From: a virus
Lineage: Duplodnaviria > Caudoviricetes
DNA length: 64,000 nt
Virus record (IMG/VR): IMGVR_UViG_3300021431_000096
Span: 29,360-93,359 of that record
Direction: 5' to 3' (one strand)
Position numbers and translations under genes: made by a program. Positions 17,315-27,366 of the stretch are shown here, one piece after another (position 1 is the first letter of the stretch; each line of letters opens with the position of its first letter). Under the pieces are notes generated by a model. It searched no databases. It was given only the letters and a program-made list of their open reading frames with translations, and was not told the DNA's origin.

Positions 17315-17857
17315 ATGACACAGAATTGGGAGTGCGAAGAATTATTTCTTAACGAGGTGGTGCGTGTAGAACTGGTACCGGCGAGCAAGGCTGAATTGCT
17401 CGTGCCGTTCAATGTCGGCGAGGTGACGGCAACGGCAGGATGGAAAGAGATTGACGACCCTGATAAGCCAGGCAAAAAGAAAAACGTGTCGCGGGTCGGC
17501 ACGGCGGTGATGGTGATTGACGCGACGGCGACAGACGCGACGGGAAGGCTGGTGTCGCCGCCGACGCTGAAGACCACGGAGAAGCCCGACAGGGCGGGAT
17601 ATATCCGCCAGCACGACCTGCAGATACCCACGGAGGGCGGCTACGAGGACATCCGCAAGAAGCGTGGAGAGCTGGCAGGCGTGGACTTCAACGTGGTGCT
17701 GGAGATGCGCAGCGGCTCGCGGTTTCTGATCTATGCGCTGCCGAACTCATCGACGGTGGCCGTGGAGGATCAGTTCAGCGGCGAGGGCAAGCAGACGGTG
17801 AAGGTCTCTCTTCAGTCGATGTCGAACATGATCCGTCTGACCGATTCAACGACATAG
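17315..17857 (+). CDS. Hypothetical, probable virion protein
   Basis: Beta-rich ORF just upstream of the head genes. Confidence 0.55.
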   Translation: MTQNWECEELFLNEVVRVELVPASKAELLVPFNVGEVTATAGWKEIDDPDKPGKKKNVSRVGTAVMVIDATATDATGRLVSPPTLKTTEKPDRAGYIRQHDLQIPTEGGYEDIRKKRGELAGVDFNVVLEMRSGSRFLIYALPNSSTVAVEDQFSGEGKQTVKVSLQSMSNMIRLTDSTT

Positions 17858-18101
17858 CGGGCGACCGCTCCATATCTTCATATAGCTGACAGACACACAA
17901 TCTTTAAAGTCTAATTTAGTTTATAAATTGTCCCGACGGCGTGGTGCGTGAGCATCGCGCCGTCTTTCGTTTATCCCTTAAAAACGCCTTTTGACCTGCG
18001 GTCGAAATTGCTCACGCTCGGAAATGCTGATGCGGGGCATCGCATTTCGCTCGCTTACTCGCAATTTTGCCCTAAAAACGGCTTTTGCGGGCGAAAAAGC
18101 A

Positions 18102-18133
18102 GTCCCAAAGAAATCGCACGTGCTATACCTTTG
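18102..18133 (+). promoter_or_regulatory. Phage-type promoter GTCCCA-N18-TACCTTTG (head operon)
   Basis: Motif upstream of ATG 18190. Confidence 0.65.
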
Positions 18134-18189
18134 CCGATGTGGACGCGACGAGCCACGACAGCAAAATTGAAAATCGAAAAATCAGATTT

Positions 18190-19938
18190 ATGAACGGACT
18201 ATTTGAAATACTCAGCAACAAGGAGTGGATGATTCAGCAGGAGTTCCTGCACAGCATCCTGCCTACGCTGCAGTACAACATCACAAACCATGCCTCTCTC
18301 GGCATCGAGCGCGAGAAGAAGTCGCCAATGGCCATCGGTCAGCATGGACAGGACTTCATTCGTGAGTATCAGGTGACACAGGACGGAAAGACGCACGGTC
18401 GTTATGGCTGGCGCGGCGACAGCCTGTCAGAGTTGAATGAACCTTTCGTCAATGTTATGCCTATTGACGGACCTATCACCCGCAATGGCGGCGCTTGCAG
18501 CTACGGGTCGATGGAAATCCGCGACTGGATGATGGAGGCTGCTAACAATCCTGCTTGTCAGGGTCACGTATTGAACATCAACACCCCCGGCGGCAGCGCT
18601 TGGGCAAAGAACGACTTCCAGCAGGGTATCGACTATGCTCACGCCCGTGGTCAGCGCGTCATTGCCTTCATCGACGGACTTTGCGCTTCGGCTGGCATGT
18701 ATCTCGCTTCGCTCTGCGACGAGGTGTATGTAATGAACCCGAAAGACCAGTTGGGCTGCGTCGGTGTAATGGCTGCTTTCTGCACCATGAAGAACGGAGA
18801 AAAGTATCAGTGGGGCGAGACCTACCACGAATACTACGCTACCAAGAGTATCAACAAGAATAAGGAAATGCGCGACATTGCCGAGAACGACGACGCCAAG
18901 CTGCTCATTGAAGAGCTCGACAAGCTGGAGGCTGAGTTCCGTGCCGACATGAAGGCTGCTTTCCCCAATGCCAAGGACGAGCACCTGGACGGCAAGGTAT
19001 TCGACGCTAAAGATGTGATGGGCATCCTGTGCGACGGTGAGATGATGCTCGGCGACGTGATCTGCCGCGTGTTCAACCTCGCCAACGGCACCGAACAACC
19101 CATCGCCCGCACCGCAGGCCGAAAGGTCGCTAAGCGTCAGCAGACGGCAGGTCGCGGCACGTCGGCTGGTCAGCAGGCATCCGTCGGCAACTGTGCATCC
19201 GCATCCGTCCGCATGACCGCCGCGCAGGCTAAGGAAAACATTTTATCACCAACAAATAACAGTATCAACATGAAAGAGAATTATCCCGCAGTGTTTGCGC
19301 TTCTCGGAGTCGAGGAGATGCAACTTTCAGAGGAGGGCACTTTCTTCAACAAGGATCTGCTCGCCACGCTGAACAGCGCCATTGAGGCGAAGAACAAGGA
19401 GACGGCTGACGCCAAGGCTCTGGCCGAGCAGCTGACCTCAGAGAAGAACGAGCTGACCGCTCAGATTGAGACGCTGAACGCCGACCACCAGAAGGCCATC
19501 GACGACCTGAAGGCTGAGCACGCCACGGCCATCGAGGAGAAGGACAACCAGATTTCTGCCCTGGAGCAGGAGAAGGCCGACCTCACCGCCGCCGCCACGA
19601 CGAAGGACGAGGAAATCGCCACGCTGAAGACCGACGCAGAGGGCAAGGCTTCACAGATTGAGCAGCTGACCACCGACCTGAACGGTGCGAAGGAGAGTCT
19701 GACCACCGCCGAGGGCACGATTGCCGAGCGCGACCAGACCATCAGCGACCTGAACGCCCAGATTGCCGAACTCCAGAACAACCCCGGCGCAGAGCCCGCA
19801 GCAGGCGCAGCCCCGAAGAACAACGGCGGCGGTGCGGAAGCCCCAGGCGTAGCCGTCAACCAGTATGTCTATGACCCCTCACTCTCCTACGAGAAGAACA
19901 TGGAGGCCAAGGAAAAGTGGGAGGCCGAGCACAAGTAA
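18190..19938 (+). CDS. S49 (SppA/ClpP-like) prohead protease fused to a coiled-coil scaffold
   Basis: INTPGG, DGLCASAGMYLAS, GCVGV motifs; long C-terminal coiled coil; precedes the capsid gene. Confidence 0.85.
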   Translation: MNGLFEILSNKEWMIQQEFLHSILPTLQYNITNHASLGIEREKKSPMAIGQHGQDFIREYQVTQDGKTHGRYGWRGDSLSELNEPFVNVMPIDGPITRNGGACSYGSMEIRDWMMEAANNPACQGHVLNINTPGGSAWAKNDFQQGIDYAHARGQRVIAFIDGLCASAGMYLASLCDEVYVMNPKDQLGCVGVMAAFCTMKNGEKYQWGETYHEYYATKSINKNKEMRDIAENDDAKLLIEELDKLEAEFRADMKAAFPNAKDEHLDGKVFDAKDVMGILCDGEMMLGDVICRVFNLANGTEQPIARTAGRKVAKRQQTAGRGTSAGQQASVGNCASASVRMTAAQAKENILSPTNNSINMKENYPAVFALLGVEEMQLSEEGTFFNKDLLATLNSAIEAKNKETADAKALAEQLTSEKNELTAQIETLNADHQKAIDDLKAEHATAIEEKDNQISALEQEKADLTAAATTKDEEIATLKTDAEGKASQIEQLTTDLNGAKESLTTAEGTIAERDQTISDLNAQIAELQNNPGAEPAAGAAPKNNGGGAEAPGVAVNQYVYDPSLSYEKNMEAKEKWEAEHK

Positions 19939-20000
19939 ACCCCAACCAACACAAGACTCATAAATAACAAAAATTATTCACCAACACATTTTTTTCAACT

Positions 20001-21266
20001 ATGGCAAACGAAAAATTCATCGGATTGGAGAATGTGCAGTCGGTAGCCGACAAGCTCTCTCCGAACATCGTGATCGGTCCCGCATACTACATGCGTGACG
20101 AACTGGACCGCCTTGGCATCAAGGTCGAGACAGGTGTGCAGTACCAGCTGACGAAGACCGTCTTCGCAGGCAAGGGTGGTCAGACCCGCCGCAAGGAGGT
20201 TGGCAACGTCGAGGAGAAGAAGCTGGGATATCTCTTCACCCGCAAATTACAGGCGAATATCTGCGTACACCGCATTCGCTGTAATGAGGACGACTTCCAG
20301 GAGAAGCCCGGCAACATCGCCATCAACGGCTCTGCCGAGATGCACTTCGAGAAGACCGAGCTGTTCATGACCGAGCAGGCCAAGCTCTTCGCTCAGGACA
20401 TCTGGAACAACATCATCGGCGGCGACGCAGCCAGCGACGACGAGGAGATGAACCTCTTCGACGGTCTGCTCACCGTGATGGCCACCGATCTGAACGACGG
20501 CACCGTCAACAAGGCAGCCAAGAATCTCATCCCCAGCGGCGTGTTCGACAAGCCACAGAGCGAGGGCGACAGCCAGGCTTACGACGAGTTCGTGGAGTGG
20601 CACAACCAGTGGTCTCCACAGCTGAAGAAGCAGAAGGCCAACGTCTATATGCCTACCGACGTGGCTCAGGCCATCGCCGATGCCTACGAGCAGAAGCACC
20701 GCTCACACAAGAGCGTCATCGAGCTGGAGAACGGCAACTACCGCATCAACAGCGACGGCCTGTCTAAGCTGACCTTCGTTCCCGTGGACGACATCAAGGG
20801 CAACCTCGTGTTCGCCACCATCGAGGGCAACCTCCTGCTGGGCGTGAACAATGAGAGCGACTCTTCATTCGTGAAGGTTCTCCCAGAGCCCTCGCATGAT
20901 GTAAAAGACCTCGTGATGCAGATTCAGGGAATCTTCGGATTCATGCTGGTTGACCCCTCTGCCCGCGCATTCGTCACCAACGGTGGTGCTGCCGAGATGG
21001 AGTTCAACAGCGGCGACTATACCAAGGATGCCGTCTATGTAACCTCTAACAACGAGGAACTGGGTACCGTAGCCATCACCAACGGCACCGCCCCCGTAGA
21101 GAGCGGCACTGAGGTAGCCAAGGGCACAACCCTGACGCTGACCGCCACCGCCAAGAAGACTGGTGCTAAGTTCGTGAAGTGGAGCAACGGCTCGACCGAC
21201 AATCCTGCCACCATCGTCGCCAACGGCAACCCGATGGCCATCGTCGGTATCTTCTCGGGGGAATAG
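20001..21266 (+). CDS. Major capsid protein with C-terminal Ig-like (InlB B-repeat-like) domain
   Basis: Position after protease, 421 aa, FDGLL motif, C-terminal GTTLTLTATA...FVKWSNGSTDNP. Confidence 0.75.
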   Translation: MANEKFIGLENVQSVADKLSPNIVIGPAYYMRDELDRLGIKVETGVQYQLTKTVFAGKGGQTRRKEVGNVEEKKLGYLFTRKLQANICVHRIRCNEDDFQEKPGNIAINGSAEMHFEKTELFMTEQAKLFAQDIWNNIIGGDAASDDEEMNLFDGLLTVMATDLNDGTVNKAAKNLIPSGVFDKPQSEGDSQAYDEFVEWHNQWSPQLKKQKANVYMPTDVAQAIADAYEQKHRSHKSVIELENGNYRINSDGLSKLTFVPVDDIKGNLVFATIEGNLLLGVNNESDSSFVKVLPEPSHDVKDLVMQIQGIFGFMLVDPSARAFVTNGGAAEMEFNSGDYTKDAVYVTSNNEELGTVAITNGTAPVESGTEVAKGTTLTLTATAKKTGAKFVKWSNGSTDNPATIVANGNPMAIVGIFSGE

Positions 21267-21568
21267 GAGCCGGGGATGAGCCGGCTGAACAAGCATCGGA
21301 TAAGGTAAGTTACAACTTCACTTCGTACAGCGCGGACGGCGAGACCGAGTACGGCAACGGAACGGTCGAGACCACAGGCGAGAAGAAGACCTTCAACGGT
21401 GTCGAGTACACCGAGGCCGAGGTGAAGACGAACACCGAGCCCGAGTGGGTGGGACGTAAGTTCTACATCATCTCGACGGCGACCGCAGACGGAACGACCA
21501 AGTACCCGCTCTACGACGCCGAGGGCCAGGAGGCCGGAGTTCTGGTAACTATCACGCCGACGGCGTAA
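21257..21568 (+). CDS. -1 frameshift extension of the capsid protein (~100 aa)
   Basis: G GGG GAA slippery site at 21257-21263 just before TAG, hairpin 21268-21286, -1 frame open to 21568 with strong codon bias. Confidence 0.7.
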   Translation, partial: GGIGAGDEPAEQASDKVSYNFTSYSADGETEYGNGTVETTGEKKTFNGVEYTEAEVKTNTEPEWVGRKFYIISTATADGTTKYPLYDAEGQEAGVLVTITPTA

Positions 21569-21578
21569 ATCTCTCAAA

Positions 21579-21634
21579 GGGGGTACGGGAGCCCCAGGCG
21601 CTTATATCGCCCGCCGACGGGCTCCCTCCCTTTT
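21579..21634 (+). terminator. Hairpin/attenuator after the capsid gene
   Basis: GGGAGCCC 21587-21594 / GGGCTCCC 21619-21626 followed by pyrimidines. Confidence 0.5.
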
Positions 21635-21675
21635 CTCAAACAAAAGTAGTAACCAACACAAAAACATTTATTGAT

Positions 21676-22236
21676 ATGGCAGACATCACATGTCCAACAT
21701 TGCAAGACATCCTCAAGAGCAATGAGTGCCTTGAGAATCTGGCAGGTATCAGCTCCGACGTCTATGTCGGTGTTAAGAGCGACCTTGCTGCGCCTCTGAC
21801 CGCAAACGAGAACTTGTATGGCACGCCCACATTCTCGTCGTCCGACGGCAAGAAAGGTCTCTACAAGATTCAGGGCAAGAACGAGGCCCAGAAGATTGCT
21901 TTCTCCAGCCTTGGCCCGCGTAAGGGTTACGAGTTGACCATCACGGTGGTCATCGAGTCTCTCAACCAGGCGTTCAGTAAGGTCGGCAGAGCTTTGAACA
22001 ACCTCGATCTGTTTTTCATAGTAGAGGATGGAGAGGACTCTCTGATCATGTACGACCCGCAGCGCCGCTGTGAGGCCGAGTCGGGTGGCATCGCTGGTGA
22101 CACTGGCGACACCGCAGACAGCGACCGTCAGGCCACCTGCGAGTTCAAGCTGAAGCCCGTTAAGTACCCCTTGCTGTATGTCACCAAGCCCTCAGATCCC
22201 AAAGGCTGGGACTCTCTGCTCGCAAGTGCACAGTAA
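21676..22236 (+). CDS. Probable major tail tube protein
   Basis: 186 aa, beta-rich, C..NLAGI N-terminal pattern, late-gene context. Confidence 0.55.
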   Translation: MADITCPTLQDILKSNECLENLAGISSDVYVGVKSDLAAPLTANENLYGTPTFSSSDGKKGLYKIQGKNEAQKIAFSSLGPRKGYELTITVVIESLNQAFSKVGRALNNLDLFFIVEDGEDSLIMYDPQRRCEAESGGIAGDTGDTADSDRQATCEFKLKPVKYPLLYVTKPSDPKGWDSLLASAQ

Positions 22237-22306
22237 AACTCTCGCTCACCGAAAGTCATAATTGATTGGTTTCATAAGTTAGTATTGATTTTAGGTTAGT
22301 AATGTG

Positions 22307-22342
22307 AGCCCCGCGTCACGAGTTGGCGCGGGGCTTCTTTTT
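22307..22342 (+). terminator. Rho-independent terminator between convergent genes
   Basis: AGCCCCGCGTCA/TGGCGCGGGGCT followed by a T-tract. Confidence 0.75.
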
Positions 22343-22988
22343 ATTCCGTCGGCAGCTCGGCGGTCGGCTGTCCGTCGGATTCCTCCGCCTTCGGCTCGTC
22401 CTTCTTCTTCGCCGCCTTCTTCTTCGGCTCGGCAGGCTGCCCGGCGGCCTCGGCCTTCTTCTGCTGCACGCGGAACAGCGACTGCAGGATGCCCACCAGC
22501 GAGCCGACGATGCCCTCGCTGCCCATCATGCGGTTGACCGACCCAGAAAGGACGGAATAGTTGGCGATGCTTGACTTCGGCGACGCCTGCAACAGCATGG
22601 GGCCGCTGACGACCACCGTCTCCGTGTCGCCGACGACGCAGAACAGCTCCATCTGCTGGCCCTCGCGCCAGCCGTACTCCGTCTGCTTCATCCACGCCTC
22701 GCCAAGTTCCGACGCCACCAGCTCCGACTGGTCGCCGTCGGTCAGCAGGTGCAGGCGGCGGATCCACCCACGGTCGTACCACCGCTTCAGGAAGCGCATC
22801 AGCGTGATGTCAACCTCCTTCACGCAAATCCAATACTCGCCGAAGCCCGCATTGGCCACACAGCACAACGCGCCCATCAGCCCTTTCATCGTCACGTCGC
22901 CCTGCGTCTGGAACAGGGCGGCACCGCCGGAACTTCTAAGCATTCGCGGCAAAACGTTCTCTACGCAACATGGTTCTACAAATGCCAT
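22341..22988 (-). CDS. Hypothetical protein, possibly a degenerate PLD-like alpha/beta fold
   Basis: Own GTCCCA promoter; alternating alpha/beta pattern ending VVVSGPML; no HKD motif. Confidence 0.5.
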   Translation of the reverse strand: MAFVEPCCVENVLPRMLRSSGGAALFQTQGDVTMKGLMGALCCVANAGFGEYWICVKEVDITLMRFLKRWYDRGWIRRLHLLTDGDQSELVASELGEAWMKQTEYGWREGQQMELFCVVGDTETVVVSGPMLLQASPKSSIANYSVLSGSVNRMMGSEGIVGSLVGILQSLFRVQQKKAEAAGQPAEPKKKAAKKKDEPKAEESDGQPTAELPTE

Positions 22989-23018
22989 AGTCTTAATTAT
23001 TTGATGATTACTACGACA

Positions 23019-23090
23019 CAAAGATACGGCTTTTGTCGTCTGTTTTGGGACAAGATAGTCCCATTATATATATATAAGGTATTACCTTTG
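23019..23090. promoter_or_regulatory. Back-to-back divergent phage-type promoters
   Basis: CAAAGATA 23019-23026 -N19- TGGGAC 23046-23051; GTCCCA 23058-23063 -N19- TACCTTTG 23083-23090. Confidence 0.75.
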
Positions 23091-23123
23091 CCATTGAAAT
23101 CAAACAAAAAGGCGATATAGATT

Positions 23124-24728
23124 ATGACACAGAGACTTTACACCGAAATGAATGCCGACGAGCAGTTGCAGTGGGTGACTGAGTTCGGCGAAATCATGGA
23201 GCAGCACGGCGAACGGCTCGCGCTGCTGACGAAAGGCAAGGCCACGGCAACCACCGATGATGCTGCCGCCATCCGACGCATTTTTTCTCTTCTCGCAGCT
23301 TGGCCATTCGCACAGGACTTCTGCGACAAGGCCCAGCGCTACGGCGACTACATGGCCCGCACCCCCCGACTGCCTATATATATAGAAAAGGTGAAGGAAA
23401 AGCTGGCCGACGGACTGACCATGACCGACGCGCAGGGTAGGATAGTAGCTTACGTGAATCCTTCCACACCGCTTCGCCGCCGTGGACGTCCGACGAAAGA
23501 AGAAGTGGCAGCCCGTCTGCGCGGTGAAACAATCACCATGCAGGACGGAGACGACCCCGAAGCCCGCAAGCGCCGTACCATCGCCAAGATGCTCGGCCTG
23601 GAAGTGGTGATCCACGGCGATGCACCGCGAGAAAAAAACAATGCCGAGATTGCCGCCGAGAAAGCCGCGAAGCAGCGGGAATATGAAAGAATGAATCCGA
23701 GCCTTTTCGCCGCGCAGCCCGGCGGATCATCGGGGACTGGCTCCATGCGTGCTGTCGAAGATGGCACACTGGTGCCTGTCCCCAGTGATTCGCCCGCTCC
23801 CCAGAGCGGAAACACCGCCGCCTCTTCTGTCTCCGGCGTCCCGTCTGTTGCCGTACCACAGCAACCCCAGTGCCCCACCATGTCCGAGGTCTATCAGGAC
23901 CGCATCGAACAGGACCGCCTGCGCCTCTCCGACCTCGCCTGGCTCTGCTCCGGCGACCTCCGCAAGCGCATCGAGACCGTCCGCGCCCTCCGTGTCACCG
24001 CCGAGTCAGCCTCCGAACGCGCCAAGACGATGGCCGACCTCGGCCAGCCCGCCGACGCCATCGCCCCCTATGCCCAGCAGGCCAAGGAAGCCGTCGATGG
24101 CTACATGGCCATCTATCAGGCCGTCGACGAGGAACTCGCCATCCAGTTCAAGCGCCTCAGTATCGACCTGCCATATCAGGAAAGATTCAAGCGTCGCTTC
24201 AAAGGTGTCGATCTGGAGAAAGTCCTCCATATCACCCGTCCGTATTATGAAAAGGTGAAGAAGGACAATCCTGCCATTGACGTCCGCATCAAGCAGGCCA
24301 TCGAGACCGACAATCCCGAGTACGCCGCCAAGCTGAAAGCCGAGGAGGAGAAGAAGCAGGAACTCCAAGCCCTCCACCGCTACATCATGCGTAAGGACAA
24401 GGAGGCCAGTGACGAGCGTGTTCGCACTATGACAGAACGAATCGCCCGCATCCGCGAACTCGCCGGCGACGCCGTGGCCGACACCTATCTTCCCGTCCTC
24501 GAAAAGACCAGGGCCGACAACCTCGCCTGGCGTGCCGCCAAGGGTAAACCCGCGTCGGACAAACCAGCTGACACCGTGGGGACTGTCCCTGCTGTGGGCA
24601 GCGACGCTCAGGAGCGAACTACAGATGGACTGTCCCCATCCGTGTCAGTCGCTCCCAAAGAGCGAAAGAAGCCTTCGGCCAAGCCTGCCGACAAGAAACC
24701 CTCTCCGAAGAAGCCCGCCAAGAAATAA
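23124..24728 (+). CDS. Large helical hypothetical protein (RRRGRP AT-hook-like motif, Lys-rich tail)
   Basis: 534-aa ORF after a phage-type promoter. Confidence 0.7.
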   Translation: MTQRLYTEMNADEQLQWVTEFGEIMEQHGERLALLTKGKATATTDDAAAIRRIFSLLAAWPFAQDFCDKAQRYGDYMARTPRLPIYIEKVKEKLADGLTMTDAQGRIVAYVNPSTPLRRRGRPTKEEVAARLRGETITMQDGDDPEARKRRTIAKMLGLEVVIHGDAPREKNNAEIAAEKAAKQREYERMNPSLFAAQPGGSSGTGSMRAVEDGTLVPVPSDSPAPQSGNTAASSVSGVPSVAVPQQPQCPTMSEVYQDRIEQDRLRLSDLAWLCSGDLRKRIETVRALRVTAESASERAKTMADLGQPADAIAPYAQQAKEAVDGYMAIYQAVDEELAIQFKRLSIDLPYQERFKRRFKGVDLEKVLHITRPYYEKVKKDNPAIDVRIKQAIETDNPEYAAKLKAEEEKKQELQALHRYIMRKDKEASDERVRTMTERIARIRELAGDAVADTYLPVLEKTRADNLAWRAAKGKPASDKPADTVGTVPAVGSDAQERTTDGLSPSVSVAPKERKKPSAKPADKKPSPKKPAKK

Positions 24729-24798
24729 CTTCTTTTCATTTAGCTATAATTGTCCCCGCCCGCATGTCTCCCTCCGAGACCCCTGCGGGCGGTTTCCG

Positions 24799-25119
24799 TC
24801 ACCACTCGTCATGAGCCTTGATCGCACCGTCTATACTTGCGTATTGTATATTACAAGCATCAACGTCTTCTGTTGGCTCTTCTACAAGTTCGTAGTCTTT
24901 TTCCGCACTTATTGGGAATCCCCATCCTTTTCCATGATAACAACCGCCAGATATGCTCGTTATCGTATATTCTGCCTTGCTTCCTTTTGGACGGATTGTA
25001 TCACCTATATCAAACTTTGGCTTAGGATCCTCTAAATAATCCAGCACATCCTTTAGCAGATAATAAAAATCATCTGCCATTTCTTTTATAGTCTCTTGTA
25101 AAAACATCCCAAGGCTCAT
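24799..25119 (-). CDS. Hypothetical with PKFxxGD SH3/KOW-like segment; may be frameshifted from ATG 25189
   Basis: Shares PKF..GD...ELV with 28755..29417. Confidence 0.45.
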   Translation of the reverse strand: MSLGMFLQETIKEMADDFYYLLKDVLDYLEDPKPKFDIGDTIRPKGSKAEYTITSISGGCYHGKGWGFPISAEKDYELVEEPTEDVDACNIQYASIDGAIKAHDEW

Positions 25120-25192
25120 AATACTCTGATGATCTCAAGTCAAAACTTCTATTATTGCGTATGCTGTCTATTAACTCTTCCTTTGTCATACG

Positions 25193-25618
25193 TTAGTCCT
25201 CTTGCTTGTAATTACTATACCACTCGTCGATGGGTCTCATACCAGCCACCGTGAGACGGTGCTCCAGCAGTTTGAGCCAGTCCTCTGACTTCTTCAACTG
25301 TTCTGCCAGCGCATCCTGACCGCTCTCTACGGCCTTACGCATTGCCCCGTTGATTTGCATTGCTACCGCACCGAGAGCATAGTCATCATCACGGCTCCAC
25401 GTCAATTCCGGCATCACATTCTGCTGCACCCCTTCATCCTCCTTCGGCAGTTTGTCGAGGTCGAACATGTCGAGGTAATACCCGTCCCTTACGATGCAGT
25501 GTTCTGGCACCATCGGTGTACCGTCCACATACGCCTTGATAGCCTTCCACGTCGGAAGGTGTTTCATCATAATTCTTGTTTCTTTGTTCATAATCGTATT
25601 TATATTTTTACCATTCAC
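25193..25618 (-). CDS. Hypothetical early protein
   Basis: Ends in the junction motif (KQED*). Confidence 0.55.
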   Translation of the reverse strand: MNGKNINTIMNKETRIMMKHLPTWKAIKAYVDGTPMVPEHCIVRDGYYLDMFDLDKLPKEDEGVQQNVMPELTWSRDDDYALGAVAMQINGAMRKAVESGQDALAEQLKKSEDWLKLLEHRLTVAGMRPIDEWYSNYKQED

Positions 25619-26385
25619 ACCAGCTCCTTTACCATTTTCCTGATATTCTTCACATACCCCCGCGTCATTTCGATGAAGTTGACCTCCGGGTTCTTCGAGA
25701 GGGCGCAGATGAGCAGCGGGTTATGCACCACGGCGATGATCTGCGTGTGCGGCTTGTGGAAGTCGAGCACGGACTTGATATGCCCGATGTTCTCGATGTC
25801 GAGGTTTCTGTCGGGCTCGTCCATCAGGATGGTCCACTCGTCGCCCTCGACGATGTGGTCGGCAACGTAATCCGTATAGGGCTTGTAGTTGTCCTTGAAC
25901 CGCGTGTAGTCGAACATCAGGTTCGCGCCCTTGCTGAACATCCTGGCGAAGAGCGCGTTCAGTGCCACGATGACACCCTCGCCCGTTGACGACTCCCGCT
26001 GCCCGAGGAACTCGCTGATGGAGTGGTCGTTCTCGAATATCTCGTCGTTGTGCTGCCTCTCCCCCGCATGGCACAGGCGGAACGTGTTGCGCCTATAGTC
26101 GGCATACACGTCGGCACCGGCATACATGTGCTTGTCGTCGCCAAGGCCGAAGCAGATGGCATTGATGTTGCTGTTGAACATACCCGCCGAGCACTCCGAC
26201 AGGTCCACCAGCAGATACTTCCTTATCAGGTTCATCAGCGTGGTCTTGCCGCAGCCGTTCTTGCCGACGATGATGTTCACGCCAGGCTTGAACTCATACG
26301 TCTTGCCGTTCTTGAACGCCCCGAGTCCGCTCAGGTACTCGATGGGCGTGTCCCCGTTGTTGTTGATTACCACCTTTGTTATCAT
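25615..26385 (-). CDS. ABC/AAA-type ATPase
   Basis: Walker A GKNGCGKT, STGE signature, Walker B ILMDEPD, H-switch VVHNP. Confidence 0.85.
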   Translation of the reverse strand: MITKVVINNNGDTPIEYLSGLGAFKNGKTYEFKPGVNIIVGKNGCGKTTLMNLIRKYLLVDLSECSAGMFNSNINAICFGLGDDKHMYAGADVYADYRRNTFRLCHAGERQHNDEIFENDHSISEFLGQRESSTGEGVIVALNALFARMFSKGANLMFDYTRFKDNYKPYTDYVADHIVEGDEWTILMDEPDRNLDIENIGHIKSVLDFHKPHTQIIAVVHNPLLICALSKNPEVNFIEMTRGYVKNIRKMVKELV

Positions 26386-26568
26386 AATTTCTTATTCCTT
26401 TTTTTTATTTCGCCGTGCTCCGTCGGCAGACGTGCGATAATTCATACTGCCGTGGGCTTCCTGCTGTCTCCCTGCGTGGGGCTTTCTGTTCTCGCCCGAC
26501 AAACCTTATTAGTCCTCCTTGCGGTTGGGACCGTCTGCCCGACGGTGAGCGCGTCGATGTATTACCTT

Positions 26569-26877
26569 TTATATATTACGCGAGTGTTGCCAGTGATAGC
26601 CTGATTTGCACCATCCTCGCAGGTCGCGGTCTCGTCGCGGTGTGAATGCAAACCTGCTTGTGTCGCCACACATGACCGATTCGTCGTAGTCCTGCTTATA
26701 CACCCACCTACATCCCTTGTAGGGCTTGCCCGTGCGGATGCTCCTGAGTATGCTTGTGCGGTCGAGGTGGTAGAGTTTCATTGCGTCCATGATGCCCTCA
26801 AACCATCCGTTCAACGTTCCGTCTGGAAAGACTGCCACTACAGGCTTCGGCTTACGTCCTCGCTTTGTCATCGTCAT
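26569..26877 (-). CDS. NUMOD1/IENR1-like small HTH DNA-binding protein
   Basis: KPVVA...WFEGIMDAMK...SILRSIR.GKPYKGCRWVY. Confidence 0.6.
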   Translation of the reverse strand: MTMTKRGRKPKPVVAVFPDGTLNGWFEGIMDAMKLYHLDRTSILRSIRTGKPYKGCRWVYKQDYDESVMCGDTSRFAFTPRRDRDLRGWCKSGYHWQHSRNI

Positions 26878-27332
26878 TCGTCGTCATCTTCCGCAAGCTG
26901 CGGTTTGTTCGTCAGATACCATTTCAGCATCTCAAAGGCCGCGTCGCGCAGGGTCGGCTGGGTGTTGTGGGCATAGCCCTTACCCTCACCCTTGCACTCG
27001 TAGAGGATATTCCACGAAGCGTACTGGTCGCGGTAGATGTAGATGTGGCACACGTTGCCGTCGATGCAGACGTGGGCTGGCAGCAGTCTCAGCATTCTGT
27101 CTGTTGACCATGCCGGAGTGCCCGTTGGGTCTTGGCTCGTTGTTGCGCCAGGGTAGCAGAACGGTCTATACTGCTCCTCGCCGTAGATTCTCTTCGGTGT
27201 AAAGATGTCGCTTATCCACGTCATGTCGCTGGTATCGGCACCCAGTCCGAGGTCTCGCAGTGTGCGCGACTGTTCAAGCGTCGTGCAGATGGTCTGCGGT
27301 TCTTTCTCTCTGTCAATGTCAAGTACGTTCAT
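26874..27332 (-). CDS. Hypothetical early protein
   Basis: TTLEQS..L..LG...T.DM.W and PAWS...L..LLP...DAAFEM pattern of Bacteroidales phage ORFs. Confidence 0.6.
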   Translation of the reverse strand: MNVLDIDREKEPQTICTTLEQSRTLRDLGLGADTSDMTWISDIFTPKRIYGEEQYRPFCYPGATTSQDPTGTPAWSTDRMLRLLPAHVCIDGNVCHIYIYRDQYASWNILYECKGEGKGYAHNTQPTLRDAAFEMLKWYLTNKPQLAEDDDE

Positions 27333-27366
27333 ATTCGTTTCGTTCTATTCGTTCAATTCGTGCTCG

